In this document: piece after piece, positions 22,044 to 35,480 of the stretch
Numbering within the stretch: the stretch's first letter is position 1
How the letters are laid out: each line of letters begins with the position of its first letter
DNA from: Yuukianura sp. NJ FZ-2021
Taxonomy: Eukaryota
DNA length: 64,000 nt
Assembly: GCA_046563655.1 (NCBI GenBank)
Contig: CM102286.1
Location: forward strand, 3,968,001 to 4,032,000
Direction: 5' to 3'
Notes under the pieces: generated by a model
Database searches by the model: none
Told to the model about the DNA's origin: nothing
The model's input: only the letters and a program-made list of their open reading frames with translations
Made by a program: the position numbers and the translations under genes

Positions 22044-25000
22044 TTTTGTAGCGCTCAATTAATTACATTGTGTACTTTAGAATCCTGTTTTGAGCACTTC
22101 CGAAACGTTTTAGTCCGTTTTAAAAAGCATCTTAGTTTTATTTGTTAAGAACTCCCAATATTTGTTACGGTTGAACAATAAGGAGAATAAAAGGCCAAAG
22201 AAGCGTCGTTTTCCCAAATACGGGAGGTTGGTCTTGTGCTATTCAAGAACATCTTTTAGATCCTCCTCCTTTTTCAATGTAAGAAAGCAAGGTACTTGGA
22301 AGTTAGGTTATTTTATTTGTGTAGGGTGCCATGAATCTGGCTGCCAGGACTCCATTAGAGACCATTAAGTGCTCCATTTCCTCCCCATTTAACTTTCTCC
22401 CGGGCAGCGATTTATGACTTTACTCGGGAGAAAGTAAGCTCTCCTTCCATATTGCAACCTAATGGACCCTCTTAGAGCGGAAGTTCGACCCAAATCAGAT
22501 GAGAGCCTTATTAACACTCGGAGGGACTTAAGGGCCCGCCGTGGTTCAAAGGAGAAACAGGAACTGGGCTCAACTGACTCCACACAAAAGAATGTCCAAA
22601 ATGACTCACTTTGAACCTAACGTTAGTTTAAGCGAAAATGGGCACAATTAAGTACGAGCCATTTGACCTGGAGGGCGGGCTTTTCAAATACGACCAGCAA
22701 CAAACAGTTTTTGAGCAACTGTTTTGGACGGAAGTTGGTTCGTAATTTAAGAGCCTCCGTTTTCACTTCCTTTTCAAATGGAATCAAGCTATTAGGAGTT
22801 GATGTTTATGGGGAGATAAAGGGAAAGTGAGACTCAGGGGGATCACTTTAGGGCCCTACACTATCTTCATACTGTTATCCCAACCTCATCTGTTGTGTTT
22901 GATGTTTATAACTGAAAATCACCACTCAACCTTTCTTTCTGGTCATTGACAGGAAACGTGCTGAAAAAAAAGTTTAAGAACCTCTTTCCGTTCCATTTGA
23001 TTTCACAATTTGAGTGGAGAAAGCATAAGGTAATATCACTTAACTTGGAGTCGACGATAATCACGCGCCATTAACTCCAAAAACAACCAATGAACTCAAA
23101 CCCATTTAGCGCAAAGTACAACAAAAATTACAACGCATAAACCTTTTTTAAAAAATACACAAAAGTACGGCGGTAAATTCAAAAAAAATACTAGATTTTA
23201 TTCGATGAACAGAAACTTGGCCGAAAGTGGTAAAAATTTTCCAACTCCTGACGTTCGCTGATGTCCTCGATTGCTTATGCAATGATTTTGTCCGTAAAAA
23301 TCGATTTTGAAATTTTTTCAAAAGAACGTTAGCATGAAATGTGAATTTTGAAATCAACTTTTTTTTTAAATAAAGTGCGGTTTGCTTCTTTCAAAAATTC
23401 CGCGGTGTATCTTTTTGGTTTGATTTTTTTTTGAATGTGACAACGTGATATTTGTAGCTAAATTGAAAAATTGAGACTGATTGTTTGAGGATGATGATGA
23501 GGGGTTGTTTAGAGGGTAATCATGAAATCATGTCTCTATTTCCCTTGTGTCATCACTTTGAAACTGTTCAAATGAAGTTACCATTTCCCTCCAATTGACA
23601 TCCTCTGCAGTGATCCTGAAGAGGCTTTTAGGCCCTTTGCCGAAGTGCCCCCTCTTTGTTCCTCGGTTGGGTTCATTTGTGGTGTTTGTTATTCAGAGAA
23701 CGCAGAAGCTTTCTTTTCTCCTCTTATTTTTCTGCTCCCTCCGGAAATCCGAAATCGCTGGAAAGAAGGTTGGTGCTGTTGCGTAAATGGGAAAACAAAT
23801 CGAGTCCATTACCCTCCTCATCATTTACGGCAGTACAAAGGAGTCGCTCAAATTGCGTAAACAACCATCTTGATTGTGATCTCCCTCCCTTTCCGGCGGC
23901 TACATCCACTTCCGACCAAGAAGTGGAACTGACTTGAAAAGAAATCCAATTCAGTCCAAAGGGAAAGTAATTGAAAGAAGACGTCCAAGGAGAAAGTCTC
24001 GTCCGGAATTGTTTTTGGTTCAAAAGAACTGAAAAGCGGGAGATCATAAATCTAAATCACTACGACTTCTTCATAGTCCATTCCTCACTGTCGTCTCCAA
24101 CCACTATGGAATTAATTGTGTCTTCATAATGGAAACTTTAACCTGTCAACTTTTAAGACAAATGAGGATCACTAATGGAAATGGGAATTTTGAATCGCAA
24201 CAAGATTGAATTTAAACTTAGGCGCTTCAGGATTTTAGCTTTCTTCGAGTTTTCGTTTTCACGCTTCCAGAAAATTTGAATTTTCGCTTGCAAACAGCAG
24301 CCGAAAATGTTTCAAAAACTTGTCAAACCGTGATTATGAGAGCTCAATCCAGAAATCTGAACGTTAAAAAAGTGCTGCGCAGAATTCCATTACTTTTTTA
24401 GAGTTGTGCGCAACTTCCAGCTCTCCCGACTCAAAATTTCCATTGTTCATTTGTAGTAATTAATGTGCAATTTTGTGAAGTGGGTTCTAATTGAATTCAA
24501 CGGCTGAGACATTCCAATTAGGCAGAATCACATTTCTCAAATCTGAATTAAAGCATACTGCACGTACTGGGCAAGTACACTTCTGTCTCCGATGGAACAC
24601 CCTCCTTGTTTCAAAATTTCCCGCCAAGTCTCAAGAGACACTCCAACTAACAAGGGAGAAACCATATCCGATTTCATGGACGCTCCGATTCGGATACTAC
24701 ACATGTTAGAATGATGATGAAGAGCTTGTCTAATGTAAATATTAGCATAACTTTTATCCATTCTTTTGTTGAATCCCGAATATCATATCTTTTGAATAAG
24801 ATGAAATAATAAATGGAAATGGAAACTACCCCGCAAGGTAATTTCCGAATTTGATGAGATTTTGATTCTTTTTGATTTTGGTCTACGACACAATTTCAGA
24901 CCAGTATTCTCCGAATACTGAATTTTTTTGATTCACTTTCTCCTCACTTTCTCCTTGTTTACCAAAAAGAAATGAAATGGAAATGTAAATTGAAAATCAT

Positions 25001-28000
25001 AACTTGGTTCCAGTTCTCGCCCGCAGAGATCCTGATTTGGTTTCAACTTTTACCACACTTTTGTTCGGAACCTTCCATCAGTAAATACAAAAGTGAATGG
25101 TTACAAAATGCTTGAATTGATTTGAAAATTCCCCTCCAAATTTTTGTATAGCCTTAATTTGTCATCAAAGTATCAACCTAATCCGTCCCTCTTCCATCCC
25201 CTTCCCATTGTGTCAAACTCCTTTTGTGTCAACTTCATTTACAGACAGGGCGTTCAATGCTTTCAATGCACTGCTAATTCCCAAATTGGATGTACTTAAG
25301 TATTAGCATCTTCAGAAGCATTAACTCGGAAAAATGAAACAGCGGGGAGTTACAAACAACTGGTTGACAAAAGTGTGTCAAGTCAGTGATTTCATGTTTG
25401 TTGGACGTTTTTGGTTTAACAAAAACTGGATCAATTGTTCCAAAAACTAGCCGTAGGAAGCTCAATGCAAAAAAAAAAAAAAAAAATTCAGAAATCTTCG
25501 GAAACCAAGAAAAAATGTAGGTAATCTCCGTCGCATAATTTAGAATCACCAAAAACAATTGAGGTAGCGAAAGCAAGTGAAAGTAGCCGGTGTAAAACAT
25601 AATTGGACATGCATTTAATTTAAATTAAATTTTTTTTTTTTTAGAAATTTCGTTTAAAGATGCTCATGATGATAGTGATTTTTTTACAAAAATAATTTTG
25701 GGATTTTCAAAAACCGAATTTCGGAGGCTAACTTGAGTAAGGAGTTTGTTGAGCAATGTGGATGGTGAAGACGAAGATGATCCACTTAAGGGGAAAGTAA
25801 GTTTGGAGAAATGAGATGTCAGGACGTTGGTGGAAGTCCATTATGTTCTTTGGGAAATGGAAGTGAAAGTAGTGGGTAGCGAAAGGGTTCTGGATTCGAA
25901 TCTCCCGGGAAAAGAGATTAGGCATTCAAAACTACCCGCCAAAGCAACTTCGCCACCGCAAATGACCCGAGGAAGGAGGTAATCCTCTGCCACTCCAGAG
26001 ACACAATGGGTTAAGTACACATTTCCAACATTACGAGGGATTACATCCACAACTTCAACTTCAACCACACAACTAACCAAATCCGATTTTCCTACTGGAG
26101 GCTTTAACAGTCGTCCCTTTCCGGATTTTAATGCCAAAATTCAATTCTCTTCAAAATTTAAGCTCTGCTGGAGTAGAGCTCAAGGGCTACTTTGCAGAAC
26201 TCGTCAAAGTCCACCTACGCGTTTACTAAAATTTAATTCTACGCGCGCTTCTTTCATAAAATTTTCCAAACCTAATTTATGCTTTCAATTCAAATTTTAC
26301 TGGCAATTTAAGTAGAATTTCCGCACTTTTTGATGAACAACACGCCAAAAAACGCCCTAAACTAGAAATTACGCAAATTCAAAAAATAATGTTTCGAAGT
26401 TTTTGAAATGGATTCAAAAATTAAAAGGCTTCCCGTTAGGAAAACTTTGACTGGCGTCTATTGGTTCCAAAATCTATTGGTAAATTTTGGTGCAGTAAGT
26501 GCGGAGTGTTGGGATGCTTCCGAATTCGGTTTTTGTTTCAGTTTCCAAGAACAGTTTTTAGAAATTGAGATGCAGGAGGTGCGTTGGATGTCGTAGGTGG
26601 TTAAGGTGTGTTTGAAGAGTCCCGGGAGATTTGGGGAAAGTGAGAAGTGGGTTCGGTGGCAGGCGGGAGTGATTGAAGTCCTTTGATTCTTACTTGGTGG
26701 CGGAGGAAGGATTCCCTCGGGAGTCCCCGCCCCTTCTGGCTCCACCCAAACGAACAGCCGACTAATTCACTCACACAATTACTGTCATCTCCTTCCACAG
26801 GAACCGGGTAGAATCCATCGCCACTGCAGCGCTCTCTTTGCCACATCTACAAAAACAAATATGCGCAGACGCAGAGGTCGTCCATCTGCCCAGCGTATCA
26901 AAATTAGACAAACATTCCATGGAGCCCTTAATTTGAATTACAACGGTAAACCGCCAAACTTCAATTCGACGAATCCGCTTTTCCACAGATTCGAAATGCT
27001 TCATAGTAGTACCGTCATGCGCATGGGCAACTCCTCAGCGCGTTATAAACCTGTCATTTCATAGTGCACACCTTATTATTAGCATTGAAAGTTGATAATT
27101 TTGAAATGCATACACGCAACATTTGAATTCGTAATATCGTCAACCAAAGAGTTGAAGCCAAATTCTGGCGAGGTTTCAATGTAAAGTGCGGGACACTCGG
27201 TACAGCGTGCAAAATTAGCACTGCTAATTAGATATTTCCCGTAATTTGTAAAGAGATTTTGCAGTCTCGAATGCGTCGTTGAAAAAGTTAGTTCCGGTGC
27301 GACATGAACGTTGCCAGCAAAAGCAGCGTCAGAAAATGTCCGGAGTGGATGGTTATTCTGGTGGGAGCGGGAGGGAAGTGGGCCTTTGATCTCGTCTCTG
27401 AATAATTGAAAAGGAAGGGAGTGGGTTCGATTATGGAAATGGAGCCCACTTCGTCCAAGTCCTCAGCTTCCCATCTAATGGAATCCTTGGAGTACCACGG
27501 TGGGGCTGCCGCGGCGCAAGCCTTCAGCTCCTGATCCAATTTCCCCAGTCGTCCTTATTCCATTACGACCCGAGTCCGCTTCCTTCCAAATTGAGCTCCG
27601 AATTCCTTCTTTCTTCCAGGCCCCACTTCTCTCATTATCCACACAAATCCAATTACCCGGCACTCCCGCTTCTTCTAGTACTAGGTTATAGACTCAACCG
27701 ACTCTCCAGTCAACTAATCCCTCCGCCCAGCTACCAAACAGCAACTAACTCAATTACACAAATCATCTCAAAGAGCACACAACGAAGACTCACACGGACA
27801 TGGTTTCCAGGCTCCCTATCTCCCGGTATACGGCTTTCACTTCCGGACAACTTTGTATCTTCGACTCGCAGTCTCTAGAGAACTGTCACGTCCTGAAAAA
27901 ATCTTTAACAGAATACATCATGACATTAGAAACCAATTCACAAAAGTTTATTTGATCTTCACAACTTTCATTTAAAACTCAACTGCTTATCTGATCTGGA

Positions 28001-28102
28001 AAGACGTAAAAGACTGAAAAGTGGGAAACTCCATTATTACAAAACGAATACAACACGATCAAACTTACACTAAAAAGTTTTCAGAAGTTAATGAAATTAT
28101 AT

Positions 28103-28786
28103 TCACTCACTACTGAGCATTTGAAGTATTTGTCTCGCTCTTTCATACCGTAGTGTTGCACCATCTGAAGGATTTTGTGTTATTTCATAAGCCTTCATGG
28201 CGACTGCCATTTCTTTTTCGGTGGCAATCCGAGCTTGGCCACGAACTGATCCCATGTACTCCAACAGAATCGGAAATGAGGTTTCTGGAACCAGTTCTGG
28301 GTTGAGGCAGTGTTGCAGCAGCCAAACTTGTTTTAATTTCTCAAACTTCCATACATCTCGGCAATGTTTCCATTTTTGCAGGAAATCCAGTGCGTCTGAA
28401 CTGTGACGGTCCAGTGATTCTGCGCTTTTGGGGAGTGGGCCTGTCAAGGCTGTCTTGGATTTCTTCTTTTTCTTCTTCTTCTTAGTCTTTTCTGGTGACC
28501 CAGCAGGTTGCTCTGCCACTTCCGGTTTGGGTTTCTTTTCGGTATGGCGTGGTTTTCGTTTCTTTGGCGGTGGTTCGACGGGATCTGGGTTCAGCATTCT
28601 GGACATTTCTTCATCAGTGATTTGCGGAAGGTGTTCGCCGTGGTTAACATCAGCATCGTCTTCGTCGTCATTGTTTTGTTTTTGCCTCATGTGCTTCCTA
28701 GCTTTTGCCAATATTTTATCGTCCACAGCCTTCCGTTTCTTCAAAATCCCCTTGGGCTTGGGGGGTGCTCTGCCCCGATCGTTCAT
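28103..28786 (-). CDS. C7orf50-like / WKF-domain (DUF2373) nucleolar protein, 227 aa
   Basis: Lys-rich N-terminal half followed by ALDFLQKW..WKFEKLKQVWLLQH..F..LLEYMGSVRGQAR..RYERARQILQML. Confidence 0.85.
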   Translation of the reverse strand: MNDRGRAPPKPKGILKKRKAVDDKILAKARKHMRQKQNNDDEDDADVNHGEHLPQITDEEMSRMLNPDPVEPPPKKRKPRHTEKKPKPEVAEQPAGSPEKTKKKKKKKKSKTALTGPLPKSAESLDRHSSDALDFLQKWKHCRDVWKFEKLKQVWLLQHCLNPELVPETSFPILLEYMGSVRGQARIATEKEMAVAMKAYEITQNPSDGATLRYERARQILQMLSSE

Positions 28787-29129
28787 GATGTCTGTCTATG
28801 TCAAGAAATCAGCACACGTTTTGACATCATACCAAAAATGATTTTTTTTAATAAAGTTAAAATAGCAACTAATTCGACTTACATGAATCTGTCCTAATAA
28901 GCCTTATGAATTCAACTGAAGCAGAATGTAGAGTCAAGTGAATGCAAACAAAGGATTACCACTTCGTTAAATCAACAATAGTTCAAGTATTTAATTGAAG
29001 TTTAACTAATAAATGAGAAGCATAAGCACGTGTATTTTTCAACAGCTGATTTTCAAGTTTATACTTTTCGTTCCCGCTCTTTTCAAACTAATTTCCCACT
29101 TTTGACTAATCCTCTGAAATGCAGGAACT

Positions 29130-29510
29130 TCTGATAACCTAACCAACGTCGCAGGCATTAACTCATACACGACAGCGACCAAAGTAATCAGCGATCAGCG
29201 CTTGCATCTCTAGTGTCTTATCGCTTTAGCAACCACACCCCACTTCCATGGCGTCCATGGTACTCTGACCTTGGAGCATGGGACTTCGATGTCTCCGTAA
29301 TCTCCGAAATGCTGAATTGCAATGCATTGGTGTCACTCCTGGCAAGCATCGCTGCATCAAATTCACTTTCGGGCTCCACTTTCTCATTTAAGGAGAACTC
29401 AGTCGTTGTTTAGACGCTGAAAGCGTCAGAGCTAGTGAAGTAATCCGACGAAGAACTGGAATAACACCTTGACCACTCATCACAAGAAAGTTGGAACAAA
29501 AATGGCTGAA
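29130..29510 (+). pseudogene. Possible highly decayed WD40 fragment (WDR3/Utp12 N-terminal half)
   Basis: Broken frames give SYRFSNH, GAWDFDVSVISE, FSFKENSVVV and TLTTHHKKV, which loosely follow WDR3 WD repeats. Many stops. Lies on the same strand and upstream of the clearer WDR3 C-terminal relic. Confidence 0.3.
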
Positions 29511-30170
29511 TTTGTAAGAGCGGCTCATCGGGATAACAGATTTGCTGAAGCCACTGAAGATGCTTGCCTTTCCATTAGTCGTCTTGTAGAGTAAGAGTAA
29601 GTAAGTAAAACTAACCTTCTGTATTTTAGCGAAGTAGAATTATTACATGATCACTGTTCTTTTTACAGATTGAATACAAATCGGGACCTCTAATTAGCTC
29701 TAAAGAATATCACGGGACACAACGACACTTTCGAGACTCCTGCTGTCGATGAGCGCACGTTACAAATCTGTTCCTGTTTGACTTTGAGAAAAGTGGGACC
29801 CATTTGGACAGTCAAAAACGTTCAGAAGACTCTAAATGTCTCCTGCATTAGATGCATACAACATTATTTTCTAATAACTTTATTCAGTACTTCGTACTGA
29901 TTTATTAATAAATATCTTAATTCAAGAATGGCTACTATTGCAACGGTTTCTGACTGCTAGTGTCTCATCAGTACCGAGCAACACGGTAGACCGTTGTGCA
30001 ATGGCCCCTTTGTTTCCGGGGTAAGGTCCCCGCTCCGCTGGAACTGGAGTTACAGCTCAAAAGGGAAACCTAAATAAGATAAGTCAATGGAAGAAAAAAC
30101 CGAAAGTCCCGTTAAAAATACAACAAACGATAAGTTAATGAAAGAAAAAAACCGAAAGTCACGTTAAATA

Positions 30171-33100
30171 TACACGAAGATCCATACGACAGAGGATTAG
30201 TCAATGACTACGCTCGAGATTCCGGCCCCGGTTCACTCGAACTGGCACACTCCGGACTCACCGAGAGAGATTCACATCCCTCCCTGCCCTGTGTCACCTG
30301 AACAGCTACTTGCAAGCCTCGATCCGTCTTCGCGCCCAATCTACTGCAATGCCGTATGTTCTCGCGTATAAGGAAAAACTGAAAGTCCCGTTAAATCAAA
30401 GTTGCCATAGCAACGAAATACTTTTGCTTTAAGAGGTTTGGCAGTAAGTCCTGTTTTAAAAAAAAAATCTCGCCCCAAACAATTTTTTCTACCTATTTTC
30501 TACTTTTTTTTTTGTTTTTTTTTTCTAATGTCAAGTCAAGTCTCGTTAACTCTAATAATAACACTTCTGCTGCGCATTCAAGCAAGAGACACAGGGACTA
30601 AGTTTTTTACCACATCCCCGAACCAATGCGGATTGAGACTTTGAAACGATCTGTGCCTGGACACATTCGCCAAGAAGTGATTCCGTAGGTTTCGGTTGTG
30701 GGATTTAGTATGTGTTCCTAAGTGATGGTGCAGAGAAGGTTTAGTCAAAAATTTAGAAATATTATTTAGAAAGGAGTTGTTTTCCCTTTTTGCGTTTTAA
30801 GAAATTTCGGATACGTTAAGTAAATTTTTTAAGTTGAGATTCGACTTGTGAAAAACTAAATTCGGAATTAGTCTACACGAAGATCCATACGACAGAGGAC
30901 TAGTCAATGACTACGCTCGAGATTCCGGCCCCGGTTCACTCGAACTGGCACACTCCGGACTCACCGAGAGAGATTCACACCCCTCCCTGCCCTGTGTCAC
31001 CTGAACAGCTACTTGCAAGCCTCGATCCGTCTTCGCGCCCAGTCTACTACAATGCCGTATGTTCTAGCGTATAGGAAAAAACCGAAAGTCCCGTTAAATG
31101 TCAAGTCAAGTCTCGTTAACTCTAATAATAACACTTCTGCTGCGCATTCAAGCAAGAGACACAGGGACTAAGTTTTTTACCACATCCCCGAACCAATGCG
31201 GATTGAGACTTTGAAACGATCTGTGCCTGGACACATTCGCCAAGAAGTGATTCCGTAGGTTTCGGTTGTGGGATTTAGTATGTGTTCCTAAGTGATGGTG
31301 CAGAGAAGGTTTAGTCAAAAATTTAGAAATATTATTTAGAAAGGAGTTGTTTTCCCTTTTTGCGTTTTAAGAAATTTCGGATACGTTAAGTAAATTTTTT
31401 AAGTTGAGATTCGACTTGTGAAAAACTAAATTCGGAATTAGTCTACACGAAGATCCATACGACAGAGGACTAGTCAATGACTACGCTCGAGATTCCGGCC
31501 CCGGTTCACTCGAACTGGCACACTCCGGACTCACCGAGAGAGATTCACACCCCTCCCTGCCCTGTGTCACCTGAACAGCTACTTGCAAGCCTCGATCCGT
31601 CTTCGCGCCCAGTCTACTACAATGCCGTATGTTCTAGCGTATAGGAAAAAAACCGAAAGTCCCGTTAAATGTCAAGTCAAGTCTCGTTAACTCTAATAAT
31701 AACACTTCTGCTGCGCATTCAAGCAAGAGACACAGGGACTAAGTTTTTTACCACATCCCCGAACCAATGCGGATTGAGACTTTGAAACGATCTGTGCCTG
31801 GACACATTCGCCAAGAAGTGATTCCGTAGGTTTCGGTTGTGGGATTTAGTATGTGTTCCTAAGTGATGGTGCAGAGAAGGTTTAGTCAAAAATTTAGAAA
31901 TATTATTTAGAAAGGAGTTGTTTTCCCTTTTTGCGTTTTAAGAAATTTCGGATACGTTAAGTAAATTTTTTAAGTTGAGATTCGAGTTGTGAAAAACTAA
32001 ATTCGGAATTAGTCTACACGAAGATCCATACGACAGAGGACTAGTCAATGACTACGCTCGAGATTCCGGCCCCAGTTCACTCGAACTGGCACACTCCGGA
32101 CTCACCGAGAGAGATTCACACCCCTCCCTGCCCTGTGTCACCTGAACAGCTACTTGCAAGCCTCGATCCGTCCTCGCGCCCAATCTACTGCAATGCCGTA
32201 TGTTCTAGCGTATAGGAAAAAAACCGAAAGTCACGTTAAATGTCAAGTCAAGTCTCGTTAACTCTAATAATAACACTTCTGCTGCGCATTCAAGCAAGAG
32301 ACACAGGGACTAAGTTTTTTACCACATCCCCGAACCAATGCGGATTGAGACTTTGAAACGATCTGTGCCTGGACACATTCGCCAAGAAGTGATTCCGTAG
32401 GTTTCGGTTGTGGGATTTAGTATGTGTTCCTAAGTGATGGTGCAGAGAAGGTTTAGTCAAAAATTTAGAAATATTATTTAGAAAGGAGTTGTTTTCCCTT
32501 TTTGCGTTTTAAGAAATTTCGGATACGTTAAGTAAATTTTTTAAGTTGAGATTCGACTTGTGAAAAACTAAATTCGGAATTAGTCTACACGAAGATCCAT
32601 ACGACAGAGGACTAGTCAATGACTACGCTCGAGATTCCGGCCCCGGTTCACTCGAACTGGCACACTCCGGACTCACCGAGAGAGATTCACACCCCTCCCT
32701 GCCCTGTGTCACCTGAACAGCTACTTGCAAGCCTCGATCCGTCTTCGCGCCCAGTCTACTACAATGCCGTATGTTCTAGCGTATAGGAAAAAAACCGAAA
32801 GTCCCGTTAAATGTCAAGTCAAGTCTCGTTAACTCTAATAATAACACTTCTGCTGCGCATTCAAGCAAGAGACACAGGGACTAAGTTTTTTACCACATCC
32901 CCGAACCAATGCGGATTGAGACTTTGAAACGATCTGTGCCTGGACACATTCGCCAAGAAGTGATTCCGTAGGTTTCGGTTGTGGGATTTAGTATGTGTTC
33001 CTAAGTGATGGTGCAGAGAAGGTTTAGTCAAAAATTTAGAAATATTATTTAGAAAGGAGTTGTTTTCCCTTTTTGCGTTTTAAGAAATTTCGGATACGTT

Positions 33101-33723
33101 AAGTAAATTTTTTAAGTTGAGATTCGACTTGTGAAAAACTAAATTCGGCATTAGTCTATACGAAGATCCATACGACAGAGGACTAGTCAATGACTACGCT
33201 CGAGATTCCGGCCCCGGTTCACTCGAACTGGCACACTCCGGACTCACCGAGAGAGATTCACACCCCTCCCTGCCCTGTGTCACCTGAACAGCTACTTGCA
33301 AGCCTCGATCCGTCTTCGCGCCCAGTCTACTACAATGCCGTATGTTCTAGCGTATAGGAAAAAAACCGAAAGTCCCGTTAAATGTCAAGTCAAGTCTCGT
33401 TAACTCTAATAATAACACTTCTGCTGCGCATTCAAGCAAGAGACACAGGGACTAAGTTTTTTACCACATCCCCGAACCAATGCGGATTGAGACTTTGAAA
33501 CGATCTGTGCCTGGACACATTCGCCAAGAAGTGATTCCGTAGGTTTCGGTTGTGGGATTTAGTATGTGTTCCTAAGTGATGGTGCAGAGAAGGTTTAGTC
33601 AAAAATTTAGAAATATTATTTAGAAAGGAGTTGTTTTCCCTTTTGCGTTTTAAGAAATTTCGGATACGTTAAGTAAATTTTTTAAGTTGAGATTCGAGTT
33701 GCCAAAAAGTAAATTCGGAATTA
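30171..33723 (+). repeat. Head-to-tail tandem array, ~570-571-bp unit, 6 near-identical copies (A-X-B-[A-B]x5)
   Basis: ACGAAGATCCATACGACAGAGG recurs at ~30174, 30877, 31447, 32018, 32589 and 33160. The first copy has an extra ~130-bp spacer X (~30396-30526). Confidence 0.97.
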
Positions 33724-34078
33724 ATCCCAAATTTTGAACATCTGAGAAAAGAAATGCCTGGTTGACCTGTTACACAATTGCAAACTGACGTGACTATTCG
33801 CTATTTCAAATTCCTTATTTTTTCAAGTTTTTTTTACCATGATTTCTATAACCCTCCCTATGGATGATAAAACCGGATAAAAATATTATCCACACTCGTA
33901 ACATAATGCCTATAATATAACACTCGTAAAAACCTGCGAATCGGCACAGTCTGAAATATCTGGTTTTCGGAGGAATAGACATACCCGATTTGTTGCTCCA
34001 TGTGCTTTATCATGTTTACTTTCAAATTGTTATTACTAATTCATATTTGTGCATCGGAAACACAAATCACACCTTACA

Positions 34079-34766
34079 GTTAATTCGTGTTTGGAAAAAG
34101 ATGAACGAGAACGAGAGAGGGAAGATGACATGGAGAAAGAAGCCATCACTAAAAATCCAAATCTACCAAGTCTACAAACAGCTGATACTGAAAAAATGGT
34201 AATTTCCAAAAACTAATTCCAAAATTTGCAACTTTTAGAAAAGATTTTTTTTGAAAATTTCGAATTTGGTCTGAACAGGCTGACAAACTCATCGAAGCTC
34301 CTTGATGTATTCAAAGACAGTGCCGACGAACAACCTCTCCTGCAAGCCTACGGTGCTGAGACACTGAATGATTTCATGACCAAAGTGCTAAGTTTAAGTG
34401 CTATCAAGGCAGTAGAGTTGGAACAAAGCATTATGCTAATTCCGGTTTCCTACGTTCATCAAATGATTCCAGCACTGGAAAAAGCACGTCCACTCTCCCC
34501 TTTACGCTGAACTTGCAATCAAATGTCTCTCGGCTGTTGTCAACTTCCACTTGGATTCTCTGCGCCGAGTCGATAAAGAACTGTTGAACAAAGTAGCGGA
34601 TTTGGCAGAGTCCAGAGGCCTTGAACTGAGCGACAGACTTGGAGTGAACATCGCCTCAAATTTTTGCCGGTAACAATGGCAGAAAACTTGGCGTGAAATT
34701 TTGAATCTACCGTGAGAGATGTGAAACGTAAGAGGAAACAGAGCGAAAAACTTATCAAAAGAGCCT
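34079..34766 (+). pseudogene. WDR3: WDR3/Utp12 (Dip2) C-terminal pseudogene fragment
   Basis: EKDERERERE..KEAITK, ADKLIEA (frameshift) LDVFK, PLLQAYG..., IKAVELEQSIMLIPVSYV, ELAIKCL..VNFHL and VKRKRKQSEKLIK are collinear with the Utp12 domain and tail. Frameshifts and stops are present; a residual intron is kept. Confidence 0.7.
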
Positions 34767-34768
34767 TT

Positions 34769-35480
34769 GGTGTCCTAGGTCATCCTTCCTTGTCCGTTGC
34801 AGATTGGTCAAGCAGAGATTGGCGTCACAAAAAGAACGCAAACACATTGCGATTGCGATAGGAAAAGAGAAGCTGACATCAACAGTTGCCAAAAACTTGC
34901 CGACGTCTGGTGGGTTTTCATAGTTTTCGCAAATATCCACATTCCAGTCCTGGCACTTGAGCTCTGTAGGTTGTCCACAGGTAGTACTTAAGGTGTCCTA
35001 GGTCATCCTTCCTTGTCCATTGAAGATTGGTCAAGCAGAGATTGACTTCGCAAAAAGAAGTCAAACATTGCGATTGTGATAGGAAAAGAGAAGCTGAAAT
35101 GAAGTTGCCAAAAACTTGCCGCCGTGTGGTGGTTTTCGCAAATATCCACATTCCAGTCCTGGCACTTGAGCTCTGTAGTATGTCCACGGTGAGTACTGTT
35201 ACTGTTAGGGCATCCCAGGTCGTCCTTCCTTGTCCATTGAAGATTGGTCAAGCAGAGATTGACTTCGCAAAGTTGAAGTCAACCATTACGATAGGAAAGG
35301 ATAAGCTAAACAAAAAAAAATTGGCAACTTACCGACGTCGGGTCTTGAAGTCTTCGGAAATATCCAGGTAACAGTGAGGGCCCTTGAACTTTACAGTTTG
35401 TCCACCGTGAGTATGTCCATGTCATCCGTCGTCCTTGTCCATTGACACTGGTCGCTCACAAATTGTTCCGCACAAACGAA
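34769..35480. repeat. Degenerate ~215-bp tandem repeat, 3-4 copies
   Basis: CCTTCCTTGTCC(G/A)TTG(C/A)AGATTGGTCAAGCAGAGATTG at ~34784, ~35007 and ~35224, with a weaker copy at ~35430. Confidence 0.85.

Noticed and set aside
22100..28000. Numerous 60-110-aa ORFs downstream of Drgx
   Set aside because: No motifs and no coherent exon chain. This looks like non-coding regulatory DNA near a homeobox gene.
30082..30090. AGTCAATGG, identical to the first 9 bp of the mini-Polinton TIR
   Set aside because: The match stops at 9 bp, which is compatible with chance in 64 kb of AT-rich DNA. There is no TSD or partner end.
30171..33723. Tandem array as a CRISPR array, rRNA/snRNA cluster or hammerhead retrozyme
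   Set aside because: There are no variable spacers, no recognisable 5S, snRNA or tRNA sequence, and no CTGATGA...GAAA hammerhead core on either strand of the unit.
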